Made by a program: the position numbers and the translations under genes. From Nemertoderma westbladi (Eukaryota > Animalia > Xenacoelomorpha), in NCBI GenBank assembly GCA_032718475.1, contig JAUCBJ010000412.1, forward strand, positions 1-64,000: a stretch of DNA of 64,000 bases, read 5' to 3'. Under the pieces are notes generated by a model. The model worked only from the letters and a program-made list of their open reading frames with translations, had not been told where the DNA came from and searched no databases. This document shows positions 13,051 through 26,165 of the stretch, piece by piece; the stretch's first letter is position 1; the number at the start of each line of letters is the position of its first letter.

Positions 13051-14097
13051 GTCTTCTAACTCATTGTATTAAGTTAGCGGACATGTGTCTTCTAACTTAA
13101 TATATTGAGTTAGCGGACATGTCTGTGTCTTCTAACTCAATATATTAAGTTAGAAGACACATGCTCGCTAACTCAATATATTAAGTTAGAAGACACATGC
13201 TCGCTAACTTAATATATTGAGTTAGCGAGCATGTGTCTTCTAACTCAATATATTGAGTTAACGAGCACGTGTCTTCTAACTCAATATATTGAGTTAGCGG
13301 ACATGTGTCTTCTAACTTAATATATTGAGTTAGCGGACATGTGTCTTGAACTCAATATATTGAGTTAGCGAGCATGTGTCTTCTAACTCAATATATTGAG
13401 TTTGCGGGCATGTGTCTTCTAACTCAATATATTGAGTTAGCGGACATGTGTCTTGAACTCAATATATTGAGTTAGCGAGCATGTGTCTTCTAACTCAATA
13501 TATTGAGTTTGCGGGCATGTCTTCTAACTCAATATATTGAGTTTGCGGGCATGTCTTCTAACTCAATTATTGAGTTAGCGAGCATGTGTCTTGAACTCAA
13601 TATATTGAGTTAGCGGGCATGTCTTCTAACTCAATATATTGTGTTAGCGGACATGTGTCTTCTAACTTAATATATTGAGTTAGCGAGCATGTGTCTTCTA
13701 ACTCAATATATTGAGTTAGCGGACGTGTCTTCTAACTTAATATATTGAGTTAGCGAGCATGAGTCTTCTAACTTAATATATTGAGTTAGCGAGCATGTGT
13801 CTTCTAACTCAATATATTGAGTTAGCGAGCATGTGTCTTCTAACTCAATATATTGAGTTAGCGGACGTGTCTTCTAACTTAATATATTGAGTTAGCGAGC
13901 ATGAGTCTTCTAACTTAATATATTGAGTTAGCGAGCATGTGTCTTCTAACTCAATATATTGAGTTAGCGGACGTGTCTTCTAACTTAATATATTGAGTTA
14001 GCGGACATGTGTCTTCTAACTCGATATATTGAGTTAGCGGACATCTATAAGAAAAACCGAGGATTTCATGTCCTCTTAGGGGCTCTGTATTATTATT

Positions 14098-15780
14098 TTA
14101 CACTTTCCATAAAATTTCCCGAAAATACCTCTTCTGCATGGCACTGTTGCCCCGCTCTAACCTATTAATCTTTAGTTCCAGTTGGCGAATCTCTTTCACT
14201 CGCTGCATACAATTCTTCCTCCTTCGCAACCTCCCGGTAATAGTATTAATATGAGGTTCCTCTCCTTTATTCTTTTTATTTTGACTGTTGCGTGCTCGGG
14301 CGCGGCACCGTCTTTCCTGACGTTTCATTGAATCAATTTTTCTTTTCTCGGCTCTTTTCTTTGTCTGATCTCTTGTTAACACAGCTTGTAAATCTTTCTC
14401 CCTCTTAAGTCGTTACGTTCTGCGTCTTTAACCCTCAAAGTTTTCCTAACATCTTCATAGTTCTCACTTTGTTTTTGCTTCTCTCTAAACCGCTCAACTC
14501 TCTCACGATTGAGCCGCAGCAGCTTTTCACTCTTCCCAGCTCCATTCTCAGTGTCCTTCATAATTAGTTATACATGTTATAGTGTCATTAAGTGAAGTAA
14601 CTAGTAACTGAAGTAAATAAGTGTAGTTATTACTTAACTATTATAGAGTATATCAATTACTTATATGATAAGACTACAATAAAAAAAAAAGCAAACAGTT
14701 GGCCGAAGCCGGAGGTGACCCTAAGGTTCCTCCTTCCATAGCTGCTACCCGAAGGTTGGGGTTGGCGCTACTCCTATCCCACGATTTGATTCCAGATTTT
14801 TAACTGGTACTACAATAGTATCAGTTACCTAATTATGTAGGGCTACTGCAGCATCTAATATACTTTCAGTCTTGCAGATTCAGTATTAGGTAAAATTATT
14901 CTGCTGTCAGGAGGAATTAGAGTTTTGTAGTCTGGATGATATATTTCCATTACAACCCGGACTGTCCGCCCCTGTAATGATCCCAGAGCCATACATTACC
15001 AGGGGCGGACACCATTACAGTGCTGGACACAGTGATTGATTATTGTCTGTAAATAATTTGCAGTGTGGCTAACCTACATATTTCCACCCCCTGAAAGCGC
15101 TGAGAAATACGAATCTGGCAGTATCTTTACTAACTCTTATCAGTAATTCTATCACTTTCAAATAGGCAAGCAATGTCTGACCATTACAGGGGCCTGACAA
15201 AGTGATTGTCACATATACCTTGGTCTACTTAGAAGACGATTACTTGTACGGAAATTAATCAAATGCGATGAAATTTTAACATGGTCATCCTGAGAAAATT
15301 TGCTTTCAAATGAATATTAACTTTTAGGATTGCTCTTAAAAAGTTAACATGAAATGAGCACCATTACGGGGTCGGGACATAAAAATCAGAAAAGTGTAGG
15401 ACACGATGTTAAATGCAGCTGTACGACACCAACTACATTGTATGTATACAAATACTGCTGAAAACGAATCTCCATTTATCCAGCTTTTTAACTATATGTT
15501 GGTTTACTGGATATGACCTTGGGGTTGGAATTTTATAACAGTTTGTTCTCCTAGCACTTTGGAACTGGGACATGTGAAACTGTCATTTTGACCATGTTTT
15601 TGGCCATATTATGTTCTGCTACGGGAAGACATGATGTCTGTTTGAGCTGAAATTAACTGTACAGAATCTATGCTTCAGCAGCTTCCATTGAAGCCATCAA
15701 CCACTTTCTAGAACCGCCATAAACAGAAGTTATGGCTTCAGGACACCCGTTTGGCCAGCCAATTTTGGTGAGAATGGCCC
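14098..15780 (-). mobile_element. Possible decayed DNA-transposon end with basic coiled-coil ORF fragments
   Basis: Two overlapping K/R/E-rich ORF pieces (14376-14561, 14098-14382; RERVERFREKQK). Repeated CCATTAC..GGGC..GACA motifs at 14948-15380. Terminus-like GGGCCATTCTCACC on the - strand at 15780. No partner end or catalytic domain seen. Confidence 0.3.
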
Positions 15781-16680
15781 AGCAGGATATTTATATTCGA
15801 AATTAAAACATACAATAACAAAGTAAAAAGAAAACTAAAATTGAGGCATGAATTAAAAAGAGACACTAAGTGAACTGGGTCGGAAATAAAAATATTAAAA
15901 GGGGCCTAGAGTTAAGATACGTTGTGGGTCGTATTTATTCGAGTAAATCAAAAAGCCCGTCAGAGTTACTAGAGTCCACAGTTCCCAGGATAGATGCGGC
16001 GTTTACCCATCGGTTTTTAATAAAACCGTATACGTGATTATTAGGTCTTACATCTTATTATCTATGCAAAACCCGTAAGTCTTGTTGACTTTACGTTTTT
16101 TGCATAAATTTAAGTAGATAATTAGATAGAGCGCATTTTTTAGACCCAAAAAAGTGCAAATGTCAATTTTGGAAAAATGCGACTCATTGCACGGCAGAAT
16201 TACTCTTGAGCATTCTTTATAACAGACCTTCGCGCAGCACGCGGTTAACGGTCTCATCTGCGTGAGGCGAATTCAGGCTTGGCGCTGAACCGACAGCCTA
16301 TCCGACATCTTTGTAGATAATTAATAGGAACAAAGTTTACAAGTAAAGTTTAATTCCAAATTACACATTTTTCAATATTAATTTCGCCCCAAACGGGATC
16401 CCAACGGACATCACGGAACGGCACCCAATTAATACTATGATGTGTACCTCAACCAAAGTGTAATATATCAATGTTAACAATTACCGGTACATGGACTTTG
16501 AACATCCAAATCTTTATGGGACATTAAGATAAATTACAATATTTTTTTTGTCTTAAATAAGTTTCCGTTCGAAGTTTATTTTTGTTTGTTTTTGGTATTA
16601 TTACCCTTTATACAGTATTATGTGGAAATTAAATAAGTGACATCAAGTGAGACGTGCCGTTACCGAGAAATAGTTGATCT

Positions 16681-18156
16681 TTATAGTGTAGCTGTCTTAC
16701 TTTTATGGCTAAACCGAAACAGTGGCTTCTGAAATATTTCTTCTATCTCTTCTAGAGTTCGACCTTTAGTTTCAGGTAAAAATAAATAGACGTACAAACA
16801 ACCTGCAGCGCCAAGGGCTGCATATAGGGCAAACGCACCACCAAGGCCAATAGCATTCTTAAGTGTTATAAAGGTGCTTGTTAGTAGCATATTAGTCAAC
16901 CAATGAATACTGGTTGCTATGGAGTTTCCTGCGCTACTCGCCCACATCGGAAATACTTCAGAGTTGATCGCCCACGGTACAGGAGCTAAACCAAATCCAA
17001 AGAATGTGGCGTAGGTTGTGAGACCGGTCAGTAGAATATACGTATAGACGCTAATGGTCGTTTGATTGAAGACCTCATTGAAGCAATCCAAATCGGCGAA
17101 TTGGCATTGGCCTGCCTTGTATTTGGGGTCGCGTTCTAGAAGGTATTGTGAAACAGACATTAACGCAGCGCTTAACCAAACGCCCATGAGACCAATCAGT
17201 AACAGAGGCCGTCTACCAATAGAATCCATTAGTGAAATTCCTATAATTAAGGCAATACCGCTTATAATTAGGATGGGTATTGGCAATCGTATAGACCAAT
17301 CAGATGACATTCCAACTGTTAGCATTATTGGTATCATAAAATGGGTTATAGCGGTAATTCCGATGGAATTGTATATAAATTGTATGGCACAACTCGTGAT
17401 CAGAGCCCGTTGTGCTGGTTTGTATAATATTATATCAAAGAAACCGCCTTGCTGTGACGAGTTAATGTTCTCTAGCATTTTGTCGATGTCATCGTCGACG
17501 TCTTCTTTATTGACATATTTTCTTAGCACAACAGTTGCCTCATCTCTCCTGCCCTTCATTAACAGGAACCGGGGGCTTTCTGCCATGAATATAAATCCCA
17601 CAAACTGAATCGCAGCTGGGACTGCCCCTAGGCCAATCATTATTCGCCAACCATATTCTTTATCCTGCAGTCCTGCTGTAACCAATGCGGACGTAATGAA
17701 TCCCAGTACGACAGTCACCTGTTTGGCCCCTACTAAACGACCTCGCAACAAAGGAGGCGACACTTCTGCGACATAAATATGGATGGTAGCCGAGCCCAGA
17801 CCTAGGCCTACCCCTGATACACAACGACCTATGATAATAATGGCAACACCATTTGCGATAGATATAGTGATTGGGCCTAAGCAGAAAGCCACCGCAGATA
17901 AAAGCATTACAGGACGTCTCCCTAGAATGTTGTTGAGTTTGCCACCAACTAGTGCGGCTACAATTGCCATCACTATAGTTGAACTCACTACGAAGGAGTA
18001 AGCTGCAGTTGACATTGGGTATGTGTTGTTAATGCTGACAGCGCCCCCTGACATGATTCCAGAATTGTATCCCATCATAAAACCAGTTAATGTTGCCAAC
18101 CCAGATATGGCGTAGACTCTAAATGCGATATTAGATTTAGTTTCATCTTCAGCCAT
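16681..18156 (-). CDS. MFS sugar-porter family transporter (SLC2A/HMIT-like), intronless, 491 aa
   Basis: Many hydrophobic segments consistent with the 12-TM MFS fold. Sugar-porter signatures GYNSG, LGRRP, YVAEVSP..RG, WR..G..PA, ESPRFL, DSIGRRPLLL, PW..NSEVFP, LPETKGRTLEEI. Confidence 0.93.
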   Translation of the reverse strand: MAEDETKSNIAFRVYAISGLATLTGFMMGYNSGIMSGGAVSINNTYPMSTAAYSFVVSSTIVMAIVAALVGGKLNNILGRRPVMLLSAVAFCLGPITISIANGVAIIIIGRCVSGVGLGLGSATIHIYVAEVSPPLLRGRLVGAKQVTVVLGFITSALVTAGLQDKEYGWRIMIGLGAVPAAIQFVGFIFMAESPRFLLMKGRRDEATVVLRKYVNKEDVDDDIDKMLENINSSQQGGFFDIILYKPAQRALITSCAIQFIYNSIGITAITHFMIPIMLTVGMSSDWSIRLPIPILIISGIALIIGISLMDSIGRRPLLLIGLMGVWLSAALMSVSQYLLERDPKYKAGQCQFADLDCFNEVFNQTTISVYTYILLTGLTTYATFFGFGLAPVPWAINSEVFPMWASSAGNSIATSIHWLTNMLLTSTFITLKNAIGLGGAFALYAALGAAGCLYVYLFLPETKGRTLEEIEEIFQKPLFRFSHKSKTATL

Positions 18157-18970
18157 TTTTATTTACGAAATTTATTAATATTTTACGGCTGTACACTTAT
18201 AATGAATGTGTTTGTAATCCACTCGTCATAAATTAATTCGCTTTTACATGTATAGTCCAGAAGTTACTGTTGTCTGTACGGGAGGTTTACAGCCACCACC
18301 TCTATTGGCAACATTGAAACATTACGCTGCATCTTCCACTGGAATAGGATAGTATGTAAATAAGTAGTTTATATAACAAATTTTTGACAAAATCGTGACG
18401 TTTACACCACGCTTGTTAGATAATAATAGGTATGATGTTACTTATTTGCTGGGTACTGTATACTAATATCGTCAACATTATGATTTTGCTTGCTTCAATA
18501 GGTGTTTTATGTGGCGGTATTCTACTAATTAGATATGTATTTAATTACGGGTGGTATAACCCATCACATCTCCGTATATCAATATTTCTTGTAGTAAGTA
18601 TTATAGCCAGCATTAACAAACTAAACACACTGTTCAGCAGGGGTTCTCGGTGTTACACTTAGCAATGTTATTAGGTTCGTGTCGGTTAATATAACAACTC
18701 GTATTATTTCCGTGGTAATGTAGGAATTATGGCGGATAAGTAAATTCGTGTTGTCAGGGCCTTCTTTATGACTGCAGATACACCGGTCTACAGTGGACCA
18801 CAAGTTCGCAAAATCTGATATATTTTGTTAGGTTTTGGCTTTTACTTAATTAAAATTAAGTACAAATTCAATAGCTAAATACGGCAGTGCAAATAATGTA
18901 AAAGAAGTGAGAATAATGTAAATGGAGTGATGAATGGGAGATTATTTTAGGCTCATTAAGCCAAGGAATG

Positions 18971-19326
18971 CCGGTGTACAAGGCTGAGATAAGAGTTGTC
19001 TCAGCCTGGGCTGAGAACACTACCCAGTTATCTCAGCCTAGGCTGAGAACACTCACCTTAGGCTGAGATTACTCCCCTTAGGCTGAGATGACTCCCCTAA
19101 TTGAGTTATAATTCATATCCGTACCTGTGGTATTTTCGTATATTGCAAAAATAAGACTGTAACCTATGTTATTGAGATTTCGTTTATTGTTTTGGTTAGA
19201 AAAGCCCGCCACTGTAACCTGCTCCTTTCCGTTAATTAAGAAATCTAGGGAGAAAACTGGGGAGTGTAGGCTGAGAAGACTGGGGAGTCATATTTGACGG
19301 GGAGTTATCTCTACCTGATACACCGG
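18971..19326. mobile_element. Small MITE-like element with CCGGTGTA...TACACCGG ends and internal AGGCTGAGA repeats
   Basis: Short terminal inverted repeats and repeated GGCTGAGA/TCTCAGCC motifs in both orientations. No clear TSD. Confidence 0.55.
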
Positions 19327-19423
19327 TTCACCACCATGGGTGATCTTCCACAGTAAAGGCTTCCACTTTGTTTCCAAAGTTGCTTTGGTAAATGGAGTGA
19401 TAATAATGTAGTTGATTGCTTAA

Positions 19424-20435
19424 TAGGCGAGTCAATCTAGCCGAAAAATGGGGTCAACCCATAACAAATTCGCAATTCATCCAAACCAATTTTTTTGTAT
19501 TCTACATTACCTAGCTAATACCCCCAAAAAAGTCTATAAAAATATATTATGCGGATCACATTCAATTTCCTGTTTCTTTCCTTAGCAACATGGATTTTAC
19601 ATAGCAACAAGGGGTCTATTGGTTGGATTTTCTCCAAATTTGGTAGGCCTGCAGATAAACTTGACTCTAATGACTATCGATTGACTGAAGTATGCACTTC
19701 TAGATAGTTACCAATTTAGTTTCCAGAGCAACGGAAATTTGTGTAATAATGTAACCATTTTAAATACCAATCTTGCTGGTACAATATAGGGAGCTTATTT
19801 ACACAACTTCTCTACTAAACGGGTGGATGTAACCTCGCCCATCGGATTTATCGACCTCAAAAACTCTTATCACCAAAAAATGTATTTGTTATAAGATAAA
19901 CTATTGTGGTTTTCATACTAAAACAAATAAATAAATTACACCCAAAATCAATAGAGCAATCCCAATTTTATTATGTGAAAAATATTCACTAACATTAATG
20001 GAAATTATGAAATTTCCTTGCAGTGGAATTGTATAATTTTTTTTATAACAGTTAGCTTAATATATCGTGAAGTTTTTGATATATTTAAAAATTGGATGCG
20101 ACTTCTAGTTTCCGAGATATAGCAATTACCAATTAATATGTAACACGCCAGTGTAAATATTACTAAATTCCCATTAAATCACAGCTACAGCTTATTGTGA
20201 AATTAATTAAATTATTCTGGAACATCACCAATTTGCTACTTACTTTTCCTACTGTTCCTTTTGTTTGGCGTGTTATGCACATTTACGCAGAATTTCCATG
20301 AATAAACATATGATCCGCAAAATAAAACTTTATAGACTTTTTTTGGTCATTAACTAAGTTAATATAGAACCCAAAATATGTGGTTCGGATTGATTGCGAA
20401 ATACTTATGGGTTTTTTGCTAGATTGACTCGACTA
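19424..20435. mobile_element. Non-autonomous DNA element with ~130-bp imperfect TIRs (TAG...CTA ends, Academ-like, or TA-flanked)
   Basis: Left TAGGCGAGTCAATCTAGC...AAAAAAGTCTATAAA...GCGGATCA mirrors right TGATCCGC...TTTATAGACTTTTTT...GCTAGATTGACTCGACTA. Superfamily assignment is tentative. Confidence 0.75.
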
Positions 20436-21496
20436 CAACTCCTTTCTATGGAAGGAGTTAAAATAATGCTCGACATATCACTTGCATCATTCTATAAAGA
20501 GGGCACTTAAAGCTCATAGTTCAGGCAAACCCTTATGTGAACCTACCTCACCGCGCTCGCTCGGTGCATAAATACATGCTGGCAAGTGTTACTTCATAAT
20601 ATCATAGAGAGGTGATAAGGAGGGGGCGCGGCGCACCAAAGTGTAGTCGTTATGTATGACAGCCATTCAAGTTATTGATATAAATAAGATTCTAGAATAT
20701 AATTTTTATGGTGTTAATAATATCGTGTTGGATCATTACTTATCAGTGTTTCGACTTTACTGTGGCGATACGTTGGCATTATAATGTCATAATAACGATG
20801 TATGAATGACGAGGAACGAAACTAGTTTAACTAAACCAAATTCAAAATAAAACTATAAACAAACAGCACCAATACAAATACCAATACCGATAATAAATAT
20901 AGAATTGGTAACTAAACCATATTATTAACCCTATCGCACAACCGCTTGTTAACTAACACCATTTACAGACTGTTCCAGTAGCACTTTCACTACTTTTTAT
21001 TGAAAAATACAAGTCAACAACAATTTTTACTATTATAATGTACAAACAAAAGCCGATAACAAATACTTGTAATCTAAATTGAAAGTGTTCAATACTTAAT
21101 TGAGACAATTTCCATATGGGCGGGGGTTCGGTAGATGGAGAAACATGTGTCAAACATCATGTATAACAAATTATATCTACTGTAGTGAAACTCCTGTGAA
21201 CTGGTCGTGATTCACAAGACATTATCAATAAATAAAGTATCATGTTCGTTCATAAACACACTTTATAAGTCGTCTATCTATCATATTTCGTGCCACATTT
21301 TGGTTTTCTTTACACGAATTTAAACAGCGAAAATTATAAGCCTTGGCCTATTGGATGATACAATAAATCTAATAGATCTTTGTAAAAGTTTTACACTATT
21401 TGAGAACATTTTTATATTAATTCTAAATTCAATTTCGCTTGAAATTTAACAATCCTAGGGAAGACCCTCTCTATTTGAAACACTTTGTATTAGCGA

Positions 21497-22966
21497 TTAT
21501 TTAGGACCGAGCATGTCTGAAGGCACAACCCATTGATCGAATTGTTCCTCGGTAAGCAGCCCAAGTCTAACAGCGGTCTCCTTCAAGGTGGAGCCTTCTT
21601 TGTGGGCGGTTTTAGCGATGCGAGCAGCGTTATCGTAACCAATGTGCGGGTTCAACGCCGTAACCAACATCAAACTATCGGCTAACAACTTGGCGATACG
21701 AGACTCATTGGCGACGATGCCAACGACGCAGTTATCGGTGAAACTAACCGCGGCGTCCGCAAGTAACCGGATAGAACGCAGAACGTTCGCCACAATCATG
21801 GGTTTATAGACGTTCAACTCGAAATGTCCGTTGGAGCCACCGATGGTGACCGCCACGTGGTTCCCCATCACCTGGGCCGCTACCATGGTGAGCGCCTCGC
21901 ATTGCGTCGGGTTCACCTTCCCGGGCATTATACTGGATCCGGGCTCGTTCTCCGGGAGGGTGAGTTCCCCTAGTCCGGAACGCGGCCCCGAGCCAAGGAA
22001 ACGGATATCGTTGGCGATCTTATTGAGGGACACGGCGAGGACGTTGAGGACTCCATGGACCTCGACCAAGGCGTCGTGAGCCGCCAGGGATTCGAACTTA
22101 TTGGGTGACGTCACGAACGGGAGTCCGGTGTAGCGACTCACCTGTAAGGCGACTTTCTCTGCGAACCCCACGCGGGTGTTCAACCCGGTACCCACAGCCG
22201 TACCCCCGGCCGCCAACTCGTACAGACGGGGCAGCGCACCCTCTACCCTGGCCACCCCGTTGCTGAGCTGTCGGACGTAACCGCTGAACTCCTGGCCCAG
22301 GGTTAACGGAACTGCGTCCTGCGTGTGCGTTCTACCTATCTTAATGACGTCACGGAACTGTTCCGACTTATCCCGGAGCGCGGTCTCGAGCTTCCTCAAA
22401 CTAGGAAGTAATCGTTGGTCTATCTCTATAGCAACGGCTATGTGCATGGCGGTTGGGAAGGTATCGTTGGAACTCTGACTCATATTGACGTGATCATTGG
22501 GATGTACCGGGAATTTGGAACCCAACTCGCCCCCGAGGATCTCGATGGCTCGGTTACTGATCACTTCGTTTACGTTCATATTGCTCTGAGTTCCGGAACC
22601 AGTCTGCCATATAACTAACGGGAAATGTTCCCCGAGTTGTCCCTTCCCCACCTCATCCGCCGCCTGTATTATCGCCTCGGCAACGCGTTTATCCAATCCG
22701 AATTCTATATTTACCTCCGCGGCGGCTTTCTTTAGCAACCCGAAGGCCTGAATCACCGGTTCCGGCATTCGTTCCGAGACGTCGCCGATCTTAAAGTTGA
22801 GTGTCGACCTAACTGTTTGCGCGCCGTAGTATTTGTCGGAAGGCACTCTAAGTTCACCAAAGGTATCCTTTTCCACGCGAAAAGATGCCATTCTATTTGG
22901 AATCTGCCTATAATGTGGAGTAGAAATAAATCGCCTACCCACCACCGAATGCAAGGCTAATGCCAT
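21497..22966 (-). CDS. FH: Fumarate hydratase class II (fumarase), intronless, 489 aa with probable mitochondrial presequence
   Basis: Signature [15 protein letters not shown], plus [44 protein letters not shown]. The first ATG (22966) gives an Arg-rich leader without acidic residues, [25 protein letters not shown]. Confidence 0.97.
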   Translation of the reverse strand: MALALHSVVGRRFISTPHYRQIPNRMASFRVEKDTFGELRVPSDKYYGAQTVRSTLNFKIGDVSERMPEPVIQAFGLLKKAAAEVNIEFGLDKRVAEAIIQAADEVGKGQLGEHFPLVIWQTGSGTQSNMNVNEVISNRAIEILGGELGSKFPVHPNDHVNMSQSSNDTFPTAMHIAVAIEIDQRLLPSLRKLETALRDKSEQFRDVIKIGRTHTQDAVPLTLGQEFSGYVRQLSNGVARVEGALPRLYELAAGGTAVGTGLNTRVGFAEKVALQVSRYTGLPFVTSPNKFESLAAHDALVEVHGVLNVLAVSLNKIANDIRFLGSGPRSGLGELTLPENEPGSSIMPGKVNPTQCEALTMVAAQVMGNHVAVTIGGSNGHFELNVYKPMIVANVLRSIRLLADAAVSFTDNCVVGIVANESRIAKLLADSLMLVTALNPHIGYDNAARIAKTAHKEGSTLKETAVRLGLLTEEQFDQWVVPSDMLGPK

Positions 22967-24469
22967 TGTGAAATTGAACAGCGGATTAACAGTAATTATA
23001 TTGGTACGATTACTTTCGCAGTAAAAAAAAGTAAAAAATATTACAACCTGACAACAAAAGTAAAAAGCGAACAAAAGATGACAGAAAGTAACTGGCTGAC
23101 TGGTCTGCTGGTATAGGAAGTGCTGTTGAACTAATTGTTGTAGTGACAAATTAACTAAACCCAAATAAATAAATATAAATGACAAGTTAACTAATTATTT
23201 CAACTAATTTTGAGGTGTTTAGTCAAATAATACTTGAAAATTCAACTGCCGGTAAAACTTAACTAACTACAGAAATAGGCCTACCAAATTTTGAATCATT
23301 TCACGTAACCATACTGCCATAGCAACGGTTGTTATTGCGTTTCGCAACATCTCACAAACTACTTAACTATATTGACAATTGAGTAGGCCTATGATTATTA
23401 GCACTATGTTAACTTAACAATGGGTGTTATTACTTGTTATTGTTTAGAGAGCACTCTGTCGAGACTCTCGACGAGATGGTTCAGAACAGTCAAAGGACAA
23501 GGGGACATAGAAAACCCGCCAATCAATCAACTGATCAAACAAACATCAAACGTTGTTAGGTCCACTGGCTCAGAGCCAGAGGGATCCTGCTTTCAGCTTT
23601 CGGAATTTAGTTAGATTTTAGTTGAAAGTCAACTACAGAACTAGGCCCTATCTGCCTATTTAAAAAAAAGACACCGTTAACTAACTAAATTAGCAGTGAC
23701 AAGTTAAATAAAAGCACTTTAACTAAATAAACTCAAATTACAACTTACAGTAACTACTTGAACAGCACGGGGTGCTTGCAGGCTTGGTATCGTATACACA
23801 TAGGTCAGGTTTCAAGGTTTGTGGGTTTAGCTTTATGTAGTTACAGAGTTAACGACAACGACAATCTGACAACGCAACGACGTAGGTCATAGGTACAGAC
23901 GTAAACATTTTACATTGTAAATCAAATCATATTGTACTGTAATACAGTACAGCAGTAATAATTACTGAATTACGTAAAACAGTGGAAGTTACTGTCGTAA
24001 GTTCTATAGAGATGTAGAGGTCTTTAAACACCACGCCGGTTTAAATAAAATAGTTATTGCCGACAGCTTCTTCAGGGCTAAATTATATTAAAAGTTGATA
24101 AAATGAAATTTACAAATACAAATTTACAACCTTAATTAAGAACGGAATGGCACAGTTATGAGGGGTGCCCCCCCCCCCCCCCCCCCCCCCCCCCACCGTA
24201 CCCCCACGCGTAAATGAATGAGGGAAATAAGTAGACGGATTAAGAAAAGTCATTGTGGTTTTGCAATATGGTTCTGAAGTTCGTAGGTACCGGACTGCAT
24301 GGAAATACAGGTAAATGGAAATACTGCTGACTGCACGGCAGTGCACAGTGAAGGCAGTACATATTAAATGGAAATACTGCTACCTGACACGGTACCGGAC
24401 TCAGGGACTGCAGGGCAGTGCAGATAAATGTAACTACCAGCTATAAAACAGGGCACATATACTGTAGCT

Positions 24470-24740
24470 AGTATCTGTTAAGTCAAAATTAAAGTATACT
24501 GTAGAAAGTTAAATGGTTTAATGAACAATGCACATGGTATTACGTTACAGCTAATTTCACTTTAATACAGTATCTGTTGTGCCAAAATTAAAATATACTG
24601 TATGTTAATTTCACTCCAGTATCTGTTATTCCAAAATTAAAATATACTATGGAAGTTAAAAGGTTTAATGAACATTGCACATGGCATTACGTTACAGCTA
24701 ATTTTACTTTAATACCTGTTGTGCCAAAATTAAAATATAT
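24470..24740. repeat. Local imperfect tandem duplication (about 150-bp period)
   Basis: GTATCTGTT...CAAAATTAAA..ATACT...AGTTAAA.GGTTTAATGAACA.TGCACATGG.ATTACGTTACAGCTAATTT occurs twice, with partial extra copies. Confidence 0.75.
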
Positions 24741-24944
24741 GAAGAATGGTTATAAATTTAAAATGTTAGAATCTTTCATCACATTACGATTAAATTATTT
24801 ATTATATTTCGATACAGCGAATAGTATATAACTAAATCCATTCATCGATAGTTCAAATTAAGGTTAAGTTAGGGGAAATAAAAAAAATTGGTGGTATTGG
24901 TGATTGGTCGAATTTGGTGGTATAATTGCATACAATATGTTAAA

Positions 24945-26165
24945 TTTGCGGATGGTGCTTATTGATCGCGGGGTTATAATGGTCAATGTAGAGGGCCTCG
25001 GCGCTGAGACGGTCCCAATCGCACCGAAATCTCCTAAATGCTGTAACATTGTACTTCGCTCATTGGATGAAATGTTCCAGGATGTAGTCCTCCTGACCGG
25101 AATTTGGTGCACCATAGCGGTGTTGGCGTATATTGGACCGGTGGCCATTAAGGCTCTTGTGTAGCCTTTGCTCAGTTTCACCTACATAAAATTGACCAGG
25201 ATGTTTCGTGCAGGCGATCCAGTACCAGTACAGCAAGTTATTTCAAGAAGTTTCGATCTTACAATCGAAACTACCATTTACGGTGTCGCCCCATGGAGTT
25301 ATTTGGGTGTCGGATATTTCTTTGCATGTGCAACACGCCTTGGAGTTGCAGGGTGCGTTGCCGCGGTCGCCTGGTTCCTCACGTTTGATGATAAGCGAAT
25401 TACCGAGTGTTGGCAAATTGCGGGTTGTTAGTTTGAGATCTATGTTGTATATTGCCAAGAACCGTCAGTAACGTATCATGATTTCTTTAATCGCTGGTTG
25501 GAAGTGTAAAGTAATAGGGAGGTAAACTGTATGTATGGGAGCCACGGTACGTACGGTCGGCTGTAACGGTGGATCCCAAAAGTGTAGCGGGAGGAGGAAT
25601 CCGAGGGGATATCCCCGGTCTTGGCACTGGTCCAGATAGCATTTGGCCTGTTGCCTGTAAGCGGTAATGGTTGAACTTAAACGGCGAAACCGTATGAGTT
25701 GGGCTTTCGCAAAAGACTGTAGTGCCCACTTGTGGAAACAATTGTGGAAATAATTAATTGGGAGCTTGTTTGAGGTGGGCTTGGTGTAGACAGATGTCCG
25801 TATGTTATTATGCACTCTTTCGATCTTTAGGTCCAGATAGTTATGGGCCGTGTTGAACGATTCCATAGTAAATTGGATGGCTGGGTCCTTATAAAGTTCC
25901 ATCGAAGCGCGATTGAAACGTTCTTAACAGGGTAGCCAGCTCGCACTGTGGAACAACCCGGTTGTAGAATAGATAGTGATTATCAACATAGAAGGAGAAT
26001 AATGATACAGCTAATATGTGTAACGCTGAGGACATGTAAATGTATGCGAGTAATACTGTACTAAGAATAGAGTATGAGACTCTATAATTGCTCCCCATAG
26101 CATAGCAGATCCTACTCGTTGTACATAGTTGGATCCCTGATACCTGAAGTAATTGTGCGTTAGAG
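24945..26165 (-). pseudogene. Degenerate Penelope-like retroelement (RT plus GIY-YIG endonuclease)
   Basis: The - strand reads LTHNYFRYQGSNYVQRVGSAM/GSN (RT), YLDLKI...TSVYTKPT...AQLIRFRRLSS (thumb), then NNLLYW..IACTKHPGQFYVGETEQRLHKSLNGHRS...EALYIDHYNPAINK (GIY-YIG). Frameshifts and stops are present. Confidence 0.85.

Larger units (their letters stand above)
11095..14045. repeat. 36-bp tandem array built on the perfect 22-bp palindrome CTAACTCAATATATTGAGTTAG, split by the LINE
   Basis: Unit = palindrome + CGAGCATGTGTCTT or CGGACATGTGTCTT. A few units at 11095-11237 and about 27 units at 13051-14045; some spacers are inverted. Confidence 0.95.
11049..14087. mobile_element. Non-autonomous TIR DNA element flanked by TA, with an internal 36-bp palindromic tandem array; interrupted by a LINE
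   Basis: Left end CGGAGCCCTAAGAGGACATGAAATCATCG matches the reverse complement of the right end, CAGAGCCCCTAAGAGGACATGAAATCCTCG. TA at 11047-11048 and 14088-14089. Confidence 0.85.

Noticed and set aside
11095-14045. CRISPR-like appearance of palindromic 36-bp repeats
   Set aside because: Spacers are short and near-identical, there are no cas genes, and the context is eukaryotic.
22967-23185. 73-aa N-terminal extension of fumarase in the ORF track
   Set aside because: It begins at a non-ATG codon and is a low-complexity translation of AT-rich upstream sequence.
24040-24850. Possible hammerhead ribozyme cores near the Penelope-like relic (CTGAAGA; CGATGA...CGAAA on the - strand)
   Set aside because: I could not build the required stems around the core motifs; a covariance-model search would be needed.
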